Shown here: positions 27,381 to 36,970 of the stretch, in pieces
How positions within the stretch are numbered: position 1 is the stretch's first letter
Layout: each line of letters begins with the position of its first letter
Source of the DNA: Longimicrobiales bacterium
Lineage (GTDB): Bacteria; Gemmatimonadota; Gemmatimonadetes; Longimicrobiales; Gaopeijiaceae
Length of the DNA: 64,000 nucleotides
Assembly: GCA_041690395.1 (NCBI GenBank)
Contig: JAWLHJ010000005.1
Location: 552,134 to 616,133, forward strand
Direction of reading: 5' to 3'
The notes under the pieces: model-generated
Seen by the model: the letters and a program-made list of their open reading frames with translations, nothing else
Databases searched by the model: none
Told to the model about the DNA's origin: nothing
Made by a program: the position numbers and the translations under genes

Positions 27381-27460
27381 CCGCCGGCCGCCGGGTAGCG
27401 GCCCGCCGGGTAGCCGTCCAGCCCGGGTAGCCGCCCGGCCGCCGGTTGGCCGCTCGGCCG
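27375..27460. repeat. Short degenerate tandem repeat (GGGTAGC + GC-rich linker, ~15-18 bp, ~5 copies)
   Basis: gggtagccgccggccgcc gggtagcggcccgcc gggtagccgtccagccc gggtagccgcccggccgcc ggttggccg, starting at the M28 stop codon. Confidence 0.6.
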
Positions 27461-27529
27461 CGAGCGCACACGACGGTGCGCTCCAGCCCAGACCGCGGGA
27501 CTGTCCGCCAGAACCCAGGAGGTTTCTTC

Positions 27530-28486
27530 GTGCCCAAGCCCACCCATGTGAAGGTCGCCGTCGCCCAGCCCGCCGGATCTCCCTTCGACCCGGCCGCCGC
27601 CATCCAGCGGGTCGAGTCGATGACGCGAGAGGCCGCGGCGGAAGGGGCCGAGCTCGTGTTGTTCCCGGAGGCCTTCGTCGGGGGATATCCGTGGGGGCTC
27701 CGCTTCGGCACCGCCGTGGGAGGACGCTCCGAGGTCGGGCGGGCCATGTTCGCCAGATACTGGGAGGCTGCCGTCGACGTGCCGGGCCCCGAGGTGTCGC
27801 GCCTGGGGGAGATCGCCGCGGAGGTGGACGTCCACATGTGCGTCGGCGTCATCGAGCGCGACCGCACGTATAGCGGGGGCACGCTGTTCTGCACGCTTCT
27901 CTACATCGGTCCGGACGGGCAGCTCCTCGGGAAACACCGCAAGCTGAAGCCCACGGGCGCGGAGCGGCTGGTGTGGGGCGAAGGCGACGGGAGCACGCTC
28001 ACCGCGGTGGAGACGCCGTTCGGGACGCTCGGGGGCCTCATCTGCTGGGAGAACTACATGCCGCTCGCCCGTATGGCGATGTACGGCAAGGGCGTCGACA
28101 TCTACGTGGCGCCGACGGCGGATGCGCGTGACCGGTGGCTCGCGACGCTACAGCACATCTCGCTCGAGGGGCGCTGCTTCGTGCTCGGATGCAACCAGTA
28201 CGTGACGCGGGACATGTTGCCCGCGGACCTCGAGGGGGTCACGGAGGAGCTCGGAGACCGGCCCGACCCGCTGTGCCGCGGTGGCTCGATCGTCTACGGA
28301 CCGCAGGGGGAAGTGCTCGCGGGTCCGCTCTGGGACCGCGAAGGGATCCTGTTCGCCGACCTGGAGTTGGCGGCGCTCGCGCGCGCGAAGTTCGACTTCG
28401 ACGTGACCGGTCACTACGCCCGGCCGGACATCTTCACGCTGATGGTGGACGAGCGGCCCAGGGCTCCGGTCAGGTTCGTCGAGTAG
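27530..28486 (+). CDS. Nitrilase (carbon-nitrogen hydrolase family)
   Basis: GTG start after AGGAGG; FPEAFVGGYP, HRKLKPT..ER..WGEGDG, ICWENYMPLAR (Glu-Lys-Cys triad), GHYARPD. Confidence 0.92.
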   Translation: MPKPTHVKVAVAQPAGSPFDPAAAIQRVESMTREAAAEGAELVLFPEAFVGGYPWGLRFGTAVGGRSEVGRAMFARYWEAAVDVPGPEVSRLGEIAAEVDVHMCVGVIERDRTYSGGTLFCTLLYIGPDGQLLGKHRKLKPTGAERLVWGEGDGSTLTAVETPFGTLGGLICWENYMPLARMAMYGKGVDIYVAPTADARDRWLATLQHISLEGRCFVLGCNQYVTRDMLPADLEGVTEELGDRPDPLCRGGSIVYGPQGEVLAGPLWDREGILFADLELAALARAKFDFDVTGHYARPDIFTLMVDERPRAPVRFVE

Positions 28487-28498
28487 GACCCGCGGCCC

Positions 28499-28780
28499 TC
28501 ACCACTCGATCGACCCTTCCTTGCTGGTGTCGATGTCCTTCCCTTCGCCGCCCTGCAGGAGGACCTGCTCGATCTGCTCGTACAGGAAGGCCCTCGACTT
28601 CGGGTCGCGCGGGTCGAGCCCGTAGTGGTTGATGAGCAGCGTCTGATGCTGCAGCCACTCCCCCCAGCACGACGCGCAGATCTCGGCGGCGATGCGCGCT
28701 CCCAACTCGTTGCGGAACGGGGGCTTCGCGAGGGCGTCGACGTCGTCGTCGCAGCGGCGGCAGTGGATCTGGGAACTCAT
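28499..28780 (-). CDS. Fe(II) trafficking / oxidative damage protection protein, YggX family
   Basis: C..., PPF.NELG.RI...IC..CW.EW...QT.LINHY.L...P..R.FL..Q. Confidence 0.85.
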   Translation of the reverse strand: MSSQIHCRRCDDDVDALAKPPFRNELGARIAAEICASCWGEWLQHQTLLINHYGLDPRDPKSRAFLYEQIEQVLLQGGEGKDIDTSKEGSIEW

Positions 28781-28949
28781 GGGCTCTTCCATGCATGGGA
28801 GGTACCCGGGAGATGCCTGGAAGCCCTCCCGGGGGCGGCCGAATACCCGCCGAGTGCGGATGGGGTCCACCTGTAGGGCGTGCGTGGACGAGGTTCGCAA
28901 GGCGCGTTAATTTGCATGGCTGAGTCATCCGCCTTGCCGAGGGAACGAC

Positions 28950-29333
28950 ATGGCTTTGAACAAGAAGCAGTTGGCACACATCGAGAAGCGTCTGCTCGAC
29001 GAGCGGGCCCGTGCGCTCAAGGCGCTCGGACTGTTCGACGAGATGGCTAAGGCCGATCGGGAATCCGGTGATTCCGACCTGGCCGCCTATACCGACCACA
29101 TGGCCGATCAGGGTACCGAGGCCATGGAGCGCGAAAAAGCCGCCGCGTTCGCGACCAAGGAGGGGCGGTACCTGTACCGGCTGGAGGAAGCCCTCCGGCG
29201 TCTGTACAACGATCCGAAGACCTTCGGGACCTGCCACACCTGCGGCTCCGACGTGGGCTTCGACCGACTCGACGCCCTGCCGCACGCGCGTTACTGCATC
29301 GACTGCAAGCGTAAGGAGGAGGAGGCCGCCTGA
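28950..29333 (+). CDS. DksA/TraR C4 zinc-finger protein
   Basis: HMADQGTE coiled-coil tip; FGTC..C...RL.ALP.ARYCIDC. Confidence 0.92.
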   Translation: MALNKKQLAHIEKRLLDERARALKALGLFDEMAKADRESGDSDLAAYTDHMADQGTEAMEREKAAAFATKEGRYLYRLEEALRRLYNDPKTFGTCHTCGSDVGFDRLDALPHARYCIDCKRKEEEAA

Positions 29334-29357
29334 GGCCTTCCCCCCGGGGAGCATAGG

Positions 29358-29393
29358 GCGGCGGAGGCAGGTGGGAACATCTGCCTCCGCCGC
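29358..29393 (+). terminator. Long GC-rich hairpin downstream of the dksA-like gene
   Basis: GCGGCGGAGGCAGGTG-GGAA-CATCTGCCTCCGCCGC, 16-bp stem; no U-tract. Confidence 0.5.
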
Positions 29394-29593
29394 GTCCCGC
29401 TCGGCTGTGCGCCCCCGTTGGCGCCCGTCCCACGCGCGCTCCGCCCACGCTGAGCGCCCGCCCCCGTTTGGCGCCCACCCCCGTCGCGCCCCCCAGCCAG
29501 CCGCGCCCCCGAGCCGGCCGCGCCCCGAGCCAGCCGATCGCCGGGGGGCCGGCGAGCCCCGGGTCGGCTGAATCGCCGAGCCCTCCCCGCGGG

Positions 29594-30418
29594 CGCCCAT
29601 CGGGGACAACCGCACGATCGTGTCGCGCGACGTCGTCTCTGGGCGCCTTTTCCCCGCCAGGCGGTGCGAAGTGCACAGTCGTGCGCGACGAAGGAGCGCT
29701 CCGCGCACTTACCCCCGCTGGGCGGGGTCAACCCGCCAGGTCGCCTCTCCCGGCTGCACGATTGTGCCGTTTGCCCCGGTCGAGCCCGCAAGGGGCCTCG
29801 GGGCCGACGCCCATCGGGGACAACCGCACGATCGTGTCGCGCGACGTCGTCTCTGGGCGCCTTTTCCCCGCCAGGCGGTGCGAAGTGCACAGTCGTGCGC
29901 GACGAAGGAGCGCTCCGCGCACTTACCCCCGCTGGGGGGGTCAACCCGCCAGGTCGCCTCTCCCGGTTGTACGATTGTGCAGTTTGCCCCGGTCGAGCCC
30001 GCAAGGGGCCTCGGGGCCGACGGGCATCGGCGAAAACCGCACGATCGTGTCGCGCGACGTCGTCTATGTGCGCCTTTTCCCCGCCAGGCGGTGCGAAGTG
30101 CACAGTCGTGCGCGACGAAGGAGCGCTCCGCGCACTTACCCCCGCTGGGCGGGGTCAACCCGCCAGGTCGCCTCTCCCGGTTGCACGATTGTGCAGTTTG
30201 CCCCGGTCGAGCCCGCAAGGGGCCTCGGGGCCGACGGGCATCGGCGAAAACCGCACGATCGTGTCGCGCGACGGCTTCCCTGTGCGCTTTTTCCGCCCCA
30301 GGCGGCGCAAAGGTGCACAGTGCGTCCGCACCAGAGGAGCGCTCCGCGCACTTTTCCGCCGCTGGGCGGGGTGAACCCGCCAGGTCGCGCCTCCACCCAG
30401 CACGATTGTGGAGTTTGC
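29594..30418. repeat. Non-coding tandem array: 4 copies of a 213-214 bp unit, each with internal 61-bp periodic palindromic modules
   Basis: Equivalent positions at 29601, 29815, 30028 and 30242. Copies 1-3 are near-identical and copy 4 is diverged. The unit length does not preserve frame. Confidence 0.93.
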
Positions 30419-30623
30419 GACGGGCGAGCGCGGGGTGCCCGCCGGACCTGTCCGCCCGCCCACGGCTCACCAGCCCGTCGGCCCTACGGCCCGAGGCCCG
30501 CCCGCGGTGAGCCCGCCCGCGGTCAGCCCGTCCCGGTCAGCCCGTCGGCCCGAGCCCGTCGGTTACCCAAAGCCCACCCGCGCGGGCGCCGTCGGCCCTA
30601 CCGCTCGGTCGGCCCTATCGCCC

Positions 30624-31772
30624 TCAGCGCCCCGCCAGCACCTCGAGTAGCTCCCGGCCCATCAGCTCGACCCGCCACGGGCGCATCCCGTCGATCCGGG
30701 ACAGCGCCTCCAGGGTCGACGGCGCCTCGGTCGCGATCTCCAGCAGGACCGAGTTCGAGAGCAGCGTGCCGCGGGGGAGCTCCAGCTCCCCGGCTTTGCG
30801 GTTGCGGACGTCCTTGAGACGGTTCGCCATCTCCTCGATCTCGGGCGGGGGCCGTCCGGGGCCGCGAGCGACGACCCGTGGGTAGCCGACGATCTCGTCG
30901 TCGGGGGCCTGGGCGATCTTCTCGAGCCGTTCGAGCAGGGCTTCGCCTTCGCCCCGCGCGAGGTTCGTCGGGAAGCCCTTGATGCTCGCCAGCTCTTCGA
31001 CCTTCCGGGGGTGGCGCGCCACGACGTCGATTAGCGGCCGGTCACCAACCACGCGGAAGGGGGCGCGGTCCCGGGCGCGGGCGATCTCGTCGCGCCACAG
31101 CAGGGCCTCACGCAGGGCCGCGACCTGTCGGTGCGTCAGGTCCTTGGTGCCCTTCACGCGGATGACCGGATCGTCCGGCTCGTCGTCCGATGCGTCGTCC
31201 GCGGCCTCGGCCACCGACTCCAGCGCCCGGCACTCCTGCCGTGCCCACTCGGTTCGGCCCGCGGTGTCCAGCTCGGCCGCCAGCTCGTCGGCCAGGCGGA
31301 ACAGGTAGCGCGTATCGCTCGCGGCATAGTCCAGCATCTCGTCGCTGAGCGGGCGCTCGGCCCAGTCCGCCCGCTGGTACTTCTTGGAGAGCTTCACGCC
31401 GAAGCGGTTCTCCAGGAGCGCCGCGAGGCCGAGCCCGTCCACCCCCAGTAGGGAGGCGGCGATCTGCGTGTCGAACAGTCCGTGCACCCTCAGCCCGAGC
31501 TCTCCGCCGAGCAGACGCAGGTCGAAGTCGGAGCCGTGCATCACGACCTCGACGTCCTCGCGTTCGAGGATGTCGCCGAAGATCGCGGCGATGTCCACGG
31601 CGAACGGGTCGACCACGTAGGTGTCGTCTACCGTCACCTGAACGAGGCAAAGCCGGTTGTCGTACCGATGGAACCCCGCGGCCTCGCAATCGAGCGCGAT
31701 GCGCCGAGCGTCGGAGAGGACGTGCTTCAGGTCGCCGGCGGCGGTGGGTGTGTCGACGTGCTTGTACGTCAT
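30624..31772 (-). CDS. rnd: Ribonuclease D family (DEDDy 3'-5' exonuclease + HRDC domains)
   Basis: ALDCE, LCLVQ, MHGSDFD, FDTQIAA, K.YQRADW..RPL...L.YAA.D, WRDEIAR..D. Confidence 0.88.
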   Translation of the reverse strand: MTYKHVDTPTAAGDLKHVLSDARRIALDCEAAGFHRYDNRLCLVQVTVDDTYVVDPFAVDIAAIFGDILEREDVEVVMHGSDFDLRLLGGELGLRVHGLFDTQIAASLLGVDGLGLAALLENRFGVKLSKKYQRADWAERPLSDEMLDYAASDTRYLFRLADELAAELDTAGRTEWARQECRALESVAEAADDASDDEPDDPVIRVKGTKDLTHRQVAALREALLWRDEIARARDRAPFRVVGDRPLIDVVARHPRKVEELASIKGFPTNLARGEGEALLERLEKIAQAPDDEIVGYPRVVARGPGRPPPEIEEMANRLKDVRNRKAGELELPRGTLLSNSVLLEIATEAPSTLEALSRIDGMRPWRVELMGRELLEVLAGR

Positions 31773-31924
31773 GGCTCGGTTGTCGGGGGGATGTCACGGC
31801 AGGCGCGGAAGAGACAGCGATCGCGCGCTCGGCGCCACCCCCGGGAGGTGTTGCCCGCTTTCCCGGGCGCTACCACAATTCGTGGCGGCGCCGCCGCGGA
31901 ACCTCTCTCCCACCGCCCCCGTCC

Positions 31925-33343
31925 ATGCTTCGAACGAAGGTCGTTTGCACCCTGGGTCCCGCCAGCTCATCCCCCGAGATGGTACGGAGGCTCGTCGCGT
32001 CGGGGATGGACCTCGCACGCATCAACATGTCGCACGGGTCGCACGATGACCACGCCAAGGCGATCGCCGAGGTGCGCGCCGCGTCCAAGGAGGCCGGGAG
32101 GCCGGTCGCGGTGCTCGTCGATCTGGCCGGACCGAAGATCCGGGTCGGCGAGCTTGCCGAGGAGCGCTTGCTGACCCGTGACGAGGTCATCGTCATGGCG
32201 CCGGAAGACGAGGCCGAGGGCGACGAGATCCCGACCACCTACGCGCCCCTCGCCGAGGAGATCTCTCCCGGCGACGCGGTGCTGCTCGACGACGGGCTGC
32301 TCGAGCTCGAGTGCGTGGACACGGAGGGCAATCGGGCCAGGCTGCGCGTGGTGCGCGGCGGCGTGCTCAAGAGTCGGAAGGGGATCAACCTCCCGAGCGT
32401 CGCGCTCGAGACGCCCTCGCTGACCGAGAAGGATCTCGAAGACCTCGACTTCGCGCTCGAGACCGGCGTCGAATACATCGGACTCTCGTTCGTTCGCAAG
32501 CCGGAGGACGTGACCGACCTCAAGGACCGGGTGGCCGGCCAGGCACTGGTCGTGGCCAAGATCGAAAAGGTCCAGGCCCTCCGGGCGATCGAAGAGATCC
32601 TCGCCGAGACCGACGCCGTCATGGTGGCCCGCGGCGACCTCGGCGTGGAGCTTCCGTTCGAGCGCGTTCCGCTGGCCCAGAAGCGGATCATCCAGCTCGC
32701 CAACTACTACGGGCGTCCGGTCATCACCGCGACGCAGATGCTCGAGTCGATGATCGACCATGCGCGGCCGACCCGCGCGGAGGCGTCGGACGTCGCGAAC
32801 GCGATCCTGGACGGGACGGACGCCGTGATGCTCTCCGGCGAGACTGCCGTCGGGCGGTACCCGGAGGAGGCGCTCAAGGCGTTGGTCGCGATCGGGACCG
32901 AGATCGAGCGGAGTGGCTTCCTTGAGCGTGGGCCGCGTTACCTGACACGGCAGGGCTTGATGTCGCGTGGCGGAGCCTCGCCGCGGGAGCACGCCGTGGC
33001 CGCCGCCGCGATGGCGTCGGTACGGCAGGTGGGCGCCCCGGCGATCGTGGTCATCACGCGCTCCGGATTCTCCGCCCGGTTGATGTCGTCGTACCGTCCG
33101 TCCGTCCCGGTCTTCGCCGTGACGACGGACCTGCAGACGTACTGTCAGCTCGCGGCCGTCTGGGGCGTACGTCCCGTGCTCGCGACCGACGCCGAGGTTT
33201 CCTACACGGGACTGGCGGAGCACGGTTGCGAGCAGGTTCGCCGCAGCGGCGTGGGCGAGCCCGGCGCGACGGTCGTCATCACGGCCGGCTTCCCGTTCCA
33301 TCAGTCCGGGTCCACGAACACGATGCGCCTCGAGCGGTTGTGA
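31925..33343 (+). CDS. pyk: Pyruvate kinase
   Basis: MLRTKVVCTLGPAS, ARINMSHG, DLAGPKIR, AKIEK, MVARGDLGVE, ATQMLESM, DGTDAVMLSGETA. Confidence 0.96.
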   Translation: MLRTKVVCTLGPASSSPEMVRRLVASGMDLARINMSHGSHDDHAKAIAEVRAASKEAGRPVAVLVDLAGPKIRVGELAEERLLTRDEVIVMAPEDEAEGDEIPTTYAPLAEEISPGDAVLLDDGLLELECVDTEGNRARLRVVRGGVLKSRKGINLPSVALETPSLTEKDLEDLDFALETGVEYIGLSFVRKPEDVTDLKDRVAGQALVVAKIEKVQALRAIEEILAETDAVMVARGDLGVELPFERVPLAQKRIIQLANYYGRPVITATQMLESMIDHARPTRAEASDVANAILDGTDAVMLSGETAVGRYPEEALKALVAIGTEIERSGFLERGPRYLTRQGLMSRGGASPREHAVAAAAMASVRQVGAPAIVVITRSGFSARLMSSYRPSVPVFAVTTDLQTYCQLAAVWGVRPVLATDAEVSYTGLAEHGCEQVRRSGVGEPGATVVITAGFPFHQSGSTNTMRLERL

Positions 33344-33356
33344 AGCCCCGGCGCGA

Positions 33357-34148
33357 GTGGCGGGGCCACCCGTGAGGCTGACGTTCCTGGGGACCGGGAC
33401 GTCGTTCGGCGTGCCGGTGATCGGCTGCGACTGTGACACATGCACCTCCGACGACCCGCGCGACCGACGCACGCGTCACGGGGCGCTGCTGGAGCTCGAC
33501 ACGGGCACACTTCTCGTCGACACGCCGCCGGAGCTGCGACTCCAGCTGCTCGCGGCCGGTGTCGGCGCCGTTGACGCGGTCTGGTTCACGCACGTTCATG
33601 CCGACCACGTCCACGGGATCGACGACGTGCGCGTCTTCACCGTCCGCCACGGCGACATGGACGCCTACGTGGCGGCGGAGTACCGGCCGACGATCGAGCG
33701 CCACTTCGAGTACATCTTCAACGAGGCGTTCCAGCCGCCGAAGGGCAGCTCCAAGCCTCGGATCCGGCTGCACGACTTCGAGGCCGGAACGGGCTTGGAG
33801 GTGCTGGGGCACCACTTCGATCCGGTGCGCGTGCCTCACGGCGGGGTACACACGTATGGATTCCGGGTCGGCAATCTCGGCTACGTCACGGACGCCAAGT
33901 CGCTCCCGGACGAGGCCATGGAGCTTTTGCGGGGGGTGGACGTGCTCGTGCTCAACGCGCTCTGGTTCGGGCCGCCGCACGCGTCCCACTTCAACGTCGA
34001 GGAGGCGGTCGAAGCCGCTCGCTCGCTCGGGGCGCGCCGGACGTATCTCACGCACCTCACCCACAAGGTCCGCCAGGCCGAGCTCGACGCGCGCCTCCCG
34101 GACGGCGTGTACGGTGCGTACGATGGACTCCAGGTGGAGATCGAATGA
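33357..34148 (+). CDS. MBL-fold metallo-hydrolase (PhnP/LipB-associated type)
   Basis: LGTGTSFGVP.IGC.C..C.S.D.RD.R.R, THVHADHVHGIDD, YLTHLTH, AYDG. Confidence 0.88.
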   Translation: MAGPPVRLTFLGTGTSFGVPVIGCDCDTCTSDDPRDRRTRHGALLELDTGTLLVDTPPELRLQLLAAGVGAVDAVWFTHVHADHVHGIDDVRVFTVRHGDMDAYVAAEYRPTIERHFEYIFNEAFQPPKGSSKPRIRLHDFEAGTGLEVLGHHFDPVRVPHGGVHTYGFRVGNLGYVTDAKSLPDEAMELLRGVDVLVLNALWFGPPHASHFNVEEAVEAARSLGARRTYLTHLTHKVRQAELDARLPDGVYGAYDGLQVEIE

Positions 34149-35536
34149 TGGAAGGTGTGCGATTCGACTTCGGCAACATGATGGCTCCCGGTGTCGACGG
34201 CGGCGTGACCGGTGAGGATCTCGAGGGTGCATTCGCGGAACGGTTCAGGGCCGCGCATGCCCGCTTCGAATCCCGCAAGGAGGCCGGGGAGCTCGGCTTC
34301 CTGGAGCTTCCGTATGCGTCGGAGACCGTCGCGCAGGTGCGTGAGCTCGCCGACGGCTTCGGTCAGTGGTTCGAAGACGTGGTCGTGCTCGGCATCGGCG
34401 GGTCGGGCCTTGGCCCCATCGCGCTCCGGGACGCGCTCCTGGGTCCGTTCTGGAATCAGCTGGGCGCCGAGGAGCGGGACCATTTCCCGCGCCTGCACAT
34501 CGTGGACAACCCCGACCCCTTCACCTTCCGGGGCCTCCTCGAGCGGGTCGACCCCGCGCGCACCCTGTTCAACGTGATCAGCAAGTCCGGCACGACGGCC
34601 GAGACCATGGCGCAGTATCTCGTCGCGCGGCAACGGGTCGAGGAGGCGGTCGGAGAGGACAAGGCCCGGGGGCACTTCCTCTTCACGACCGATCCCGCCA
34701 ACGGCGTGCTGCGCAGGCTCAGCGACGCGGAGGGGATCCCCGCCCTCGGAGTTCCCGAGAACGTGGGCGGCCGCTTCAGCGTGCTGTCTCCCGTCGGGCT
34801 CCTTCCCGCCGCGATCTGCGGCATCGACCCCGACCGACTGCTCGCCGGGGCCGCCCGCATGCTCGAGCGATGCCGCACGCCCGACCTCCTCGAGAATCCG
34901 GCCGGCCTCTTCGCCACGCTCCTGCACGATGCCGACACGGCCCGGGACCGCCACATCCACGTGCTCATGCCGTACTCGGACCGCCTTCGCTCCCTCGCGG
35001 CGTGGTTCCAGCAGCTCTGGGCGGAGAGCCTGGGGAAGGCGCTCCTGGAGGACGGGACCGCGCGCCCGACCGGTCCCACGCCGCTGGCCGCCCTCGGCGC
35101 GACGGATCAGCACTCGCTCCTCCAGCTCCTCATCGAGGGGCCTCACGACAAGGTGGTGGTCTTCGTCGACGTCGAGGACACCGAGGCGGAGGTCGAGATT
35201 CCCGGTCGTCATCCCGAGATCCCGGCGTTGGCTTATCTCGGTGGGCATACACTGGGGGAGCTGCTCGCCACCGAGCGGAAGGCCACGGCCGAGGCGCTCC
35301 GGCGCGAAGGGCGCCCGAACGCGACGTTCACGGTTCCCTCGGTGTCTCCGGAGGCGCTCGGGGAGCTGATGATGCTCTTCCAGATCGCGACCGTGTACGG
35401 CGGGGCTCTCTACGGCGTCGACCCCCTGGATCAGCCCGGGGTCGAGCTGAGCAAGAAGCTCACGTACGGCCTCATGGGGCGTGAGGGCTCGGAGGCGCCG
35501 GACATCGCACCGCCGGATCCTCGCTGGATCGTGTGA
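34145..35536 (+). CDS. pgi: Glucose-6-phosphate isomerase (short type)
   Basis: GIGGSGLG, ISKSGTTAET, VGGRFSVLS, QLWAESLGK, DQHS, DQPGVE..K. Confidence 0.95.
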   Translation: MMEGVRFDFGNMMAPGVDGGVTGEDLEGAFAERFRAAHARFESRKEAGELGFLELPYASETVAQVRELADGFGQWFEDVVVLGIGGSGLGPIALRDALLGPFWNQLGAEERDHFPRLHIVDNPDPFTFRGLLERVDPARTLFNVISKSGTTAETMAQYLVARQRVEEAVGEDKARGHFLFTTDPANGVLRRLSDAEGIPALGVPENVGGRFSVLSPVGLLPAAICGIDPDRLLAGAARMLERCRTPDLLENPAGLFATLLHDADTARDRHIHVLMPYSDRLRSLAAWFQQLWAESLGKALLEDGTARPTGPTPLAALGATDQHSLLQLLIEGPHDKVVVFVDVEDTEAEVEIPGRHPEIPALAYLGGHTLGELLATERKATAEALRREGRPNATFTVPSVSPEALGELMMLFQIATVYGGALYGVDPLDQPGVELSKKLTYGLMGREGSEAPDIAPPDPRWIV

Positions 35537-35636
35537 CCGGCACCGGGAGGCCCCCGTGTACGCCCCCGGGGGAGGACCTGTTAGATTCAATGGCCCTTCA
35601 ACAGCAACCTGTTCAAGGCCATCCGGAGGTTGAGAT

Positions 35637-36062
35637 ATGCGTGATCAGAGCGACGTTCCCTACATCGTGATCGAGCGGGACGGAGGCGGCCAGATCGGCC
35701 CCTTCGTGGTCGGAGCCCTGTTGGGCGCCGGATTGGCACTGCTCTTCGCCCCCAGGTCGGGGGAGGAAACCCAGGCCGAGTTGCTGGAGCGCGCGCGTCG
35801 ACTTCGTGATACGGCCGAGGACCGCGTCCGTGAAGCCCAGCGGAATCTCGAGGATCGCCTCGACCACGCCCGCGACGGCGTCCAGTCCCGCGTGGACGAG
35901 GTCCGTGACGCCGTGGAGGCGGGACGGACCGCCGCGCACGACGCCCGTGAGGACCTCGAGCGGAAGCTCGAGCGTTCGAAGGCCGCGTACCGCGCGGGCG
36001 TGCAGGCCGCCCGTGAAGCCGCGGCGACCGGCACGGGTGAAGAGGGCGGAGCGAAGGACTGA
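35637..36062 (+). CDS. YtxH-domain protein
   Basis: FVVGALLGAGLALLFAPRSGEET followed by a charged coiled coil; GGAGG SD. Confidence 0.85.
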   Translation: MRDQSDVPYIVIERDGGGQIGPFVVGALLGAGLALLFAPRSGEETQAELLERARRLRDTAEDRVREAQRNLEDRLDHARDGVQSRVDEVRDAVEAGRTAAHDAREDLERKLERSKAAYRAGVQAAREAAATGTGEEGGAKD

Positions 36063-36127
36063 CGCCGTCCGAACGTCCCCGGCATCTCGGTAGGGGTGCC
36101 CGCGCGCTCGAGTTCGCCCGGAGGCTG

Positions 36128-36970
36128 ATGGAGAAGGCGGACGACGACGACATCTTCTTCATGGCCGGCGCGATCGCGTTCAATCTGCTGGTCGCGCTGT
36201 TCCCCCTCCTGATCCTCGGTGTCGGGCTGACCGGCATCGTCCTCAGCTCCCGCTTCACGGATCCCACGGGTGCCGTGCTCTCCCTCTTCGGGGAGGCCCT
36301 TCCGGCAGCGGGCGTCGACGTCCTGGGGTTGGTGGCGGAGCTCACGGAAGGGCTGGTCGAGCAGCGCACCGGCTTCACCGTCATCGGCCTCGTGTTCTTC
36401 GTGCTCCTGGCCACGCGCCTGGCCGGAACGGTGCGCATCGCGCTTCGCGAGATCTTCGACGTGGGGAAGCGGCGCGGCATCCTCGAGGCCAAGCTGTTCG
36501 ATGTCGTGGTGGTCGTGGTCGGCGTCGTCCTGGTGACCCTGAATCTCGGCGTCACGGTGGGGCTGTCGGCCGCCATGGAGGCCGCCGTGGACTTCTTCGG
36601 GCTCGAGGGGTGGACCCTCTCCGTCGCGCAGCGGGCCTTCGGCATGACCGTGGCGTTCGGCTCCATCTGGCTGCTCTTCCTGATCACCTACCGGTACATG
36701 CCCGCCCGGCGCGTTCCGTGGAGGACGGCCGTCATCGCGGCCACGTTCACGGCGGTGGCCCACGAGGTCCTCAAGGCTGCCTTCTCCTGGTACGCGACCG
36801 ACGTGGCCGACTACGGCTCCGCGTTCGGAAATCTGGCCACCGTCGCGGTGCTCTTCTTCTGGATCTATTACGGGTCCCTAGTGTTTATCCTCGGTGGCGA
36901 ATTCGCGCAGGTATCGACCATGAGAAAGGCGAGCAGGGTGGGGGTCGTGAGCTTCCGGGGAGAGCGGTGA
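36128..36970 (+). CDS. YihY / virulence factor BrkB family membrane protein
   Basis: AGAIAF..L.ALFP, YRYMP, YGSAFGNL, WIYY...ILGGE; start uncertain. Confidence 0.85.
   Translation: MEKADDDDIFFMAGAIAFNLLVALFPLLILGVGLTGIVLSSRFTDPTGAVLSLFGEALPAAGVDVLGLVAELTEGLVEQRTGFTVIGLVFFVLLATRLAGTVRIALREIFDVGKRRGILEAKLFDVVVVVVGVVLVTLNLGVTVGLSAAMEAAVDFFGLEGWTLSVAQRAFGMTVAFGSIWLLFLITYRYMPARRVPWRTAVIAATFTAVAHEVLKAAFSWYATDVADYGSAFGNLATVAVLFFWIYYGSLVFILGGEFAQVSTMRKASRVGVVSFRGER

Noticed and set aside
29594..30418. Calling the tandem array a bona fide CRISPR array
   Set aside because: Modules are degenerate rather than identical, spacers recur from unit to unit, and there is no AT-rich leader or cas gene in the window. 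It is reported as a repeat with CRISPR-like geometry only.
30420..30620. C-rich/G-rich low-complexity tracts (also 29400-29590, 58260-58430) as G-quadruplex or ncRNA
   Set aside because: Only loose short repeats (CAGCCCG.., GGTCGTGCGG) with no consistent unit; nothing beyond compositional skew can be supported.
29291..30817. Several long ORFs across the repeat array (e.g. 29468..30817, 29620..30510, 29291..30103)
   Set aside because: The unit length of 213/214 shifts frame between copies, the translations are Arg/Pro/Ala-rich, and no SD is evident. These are by-products of GC-rich repeats.
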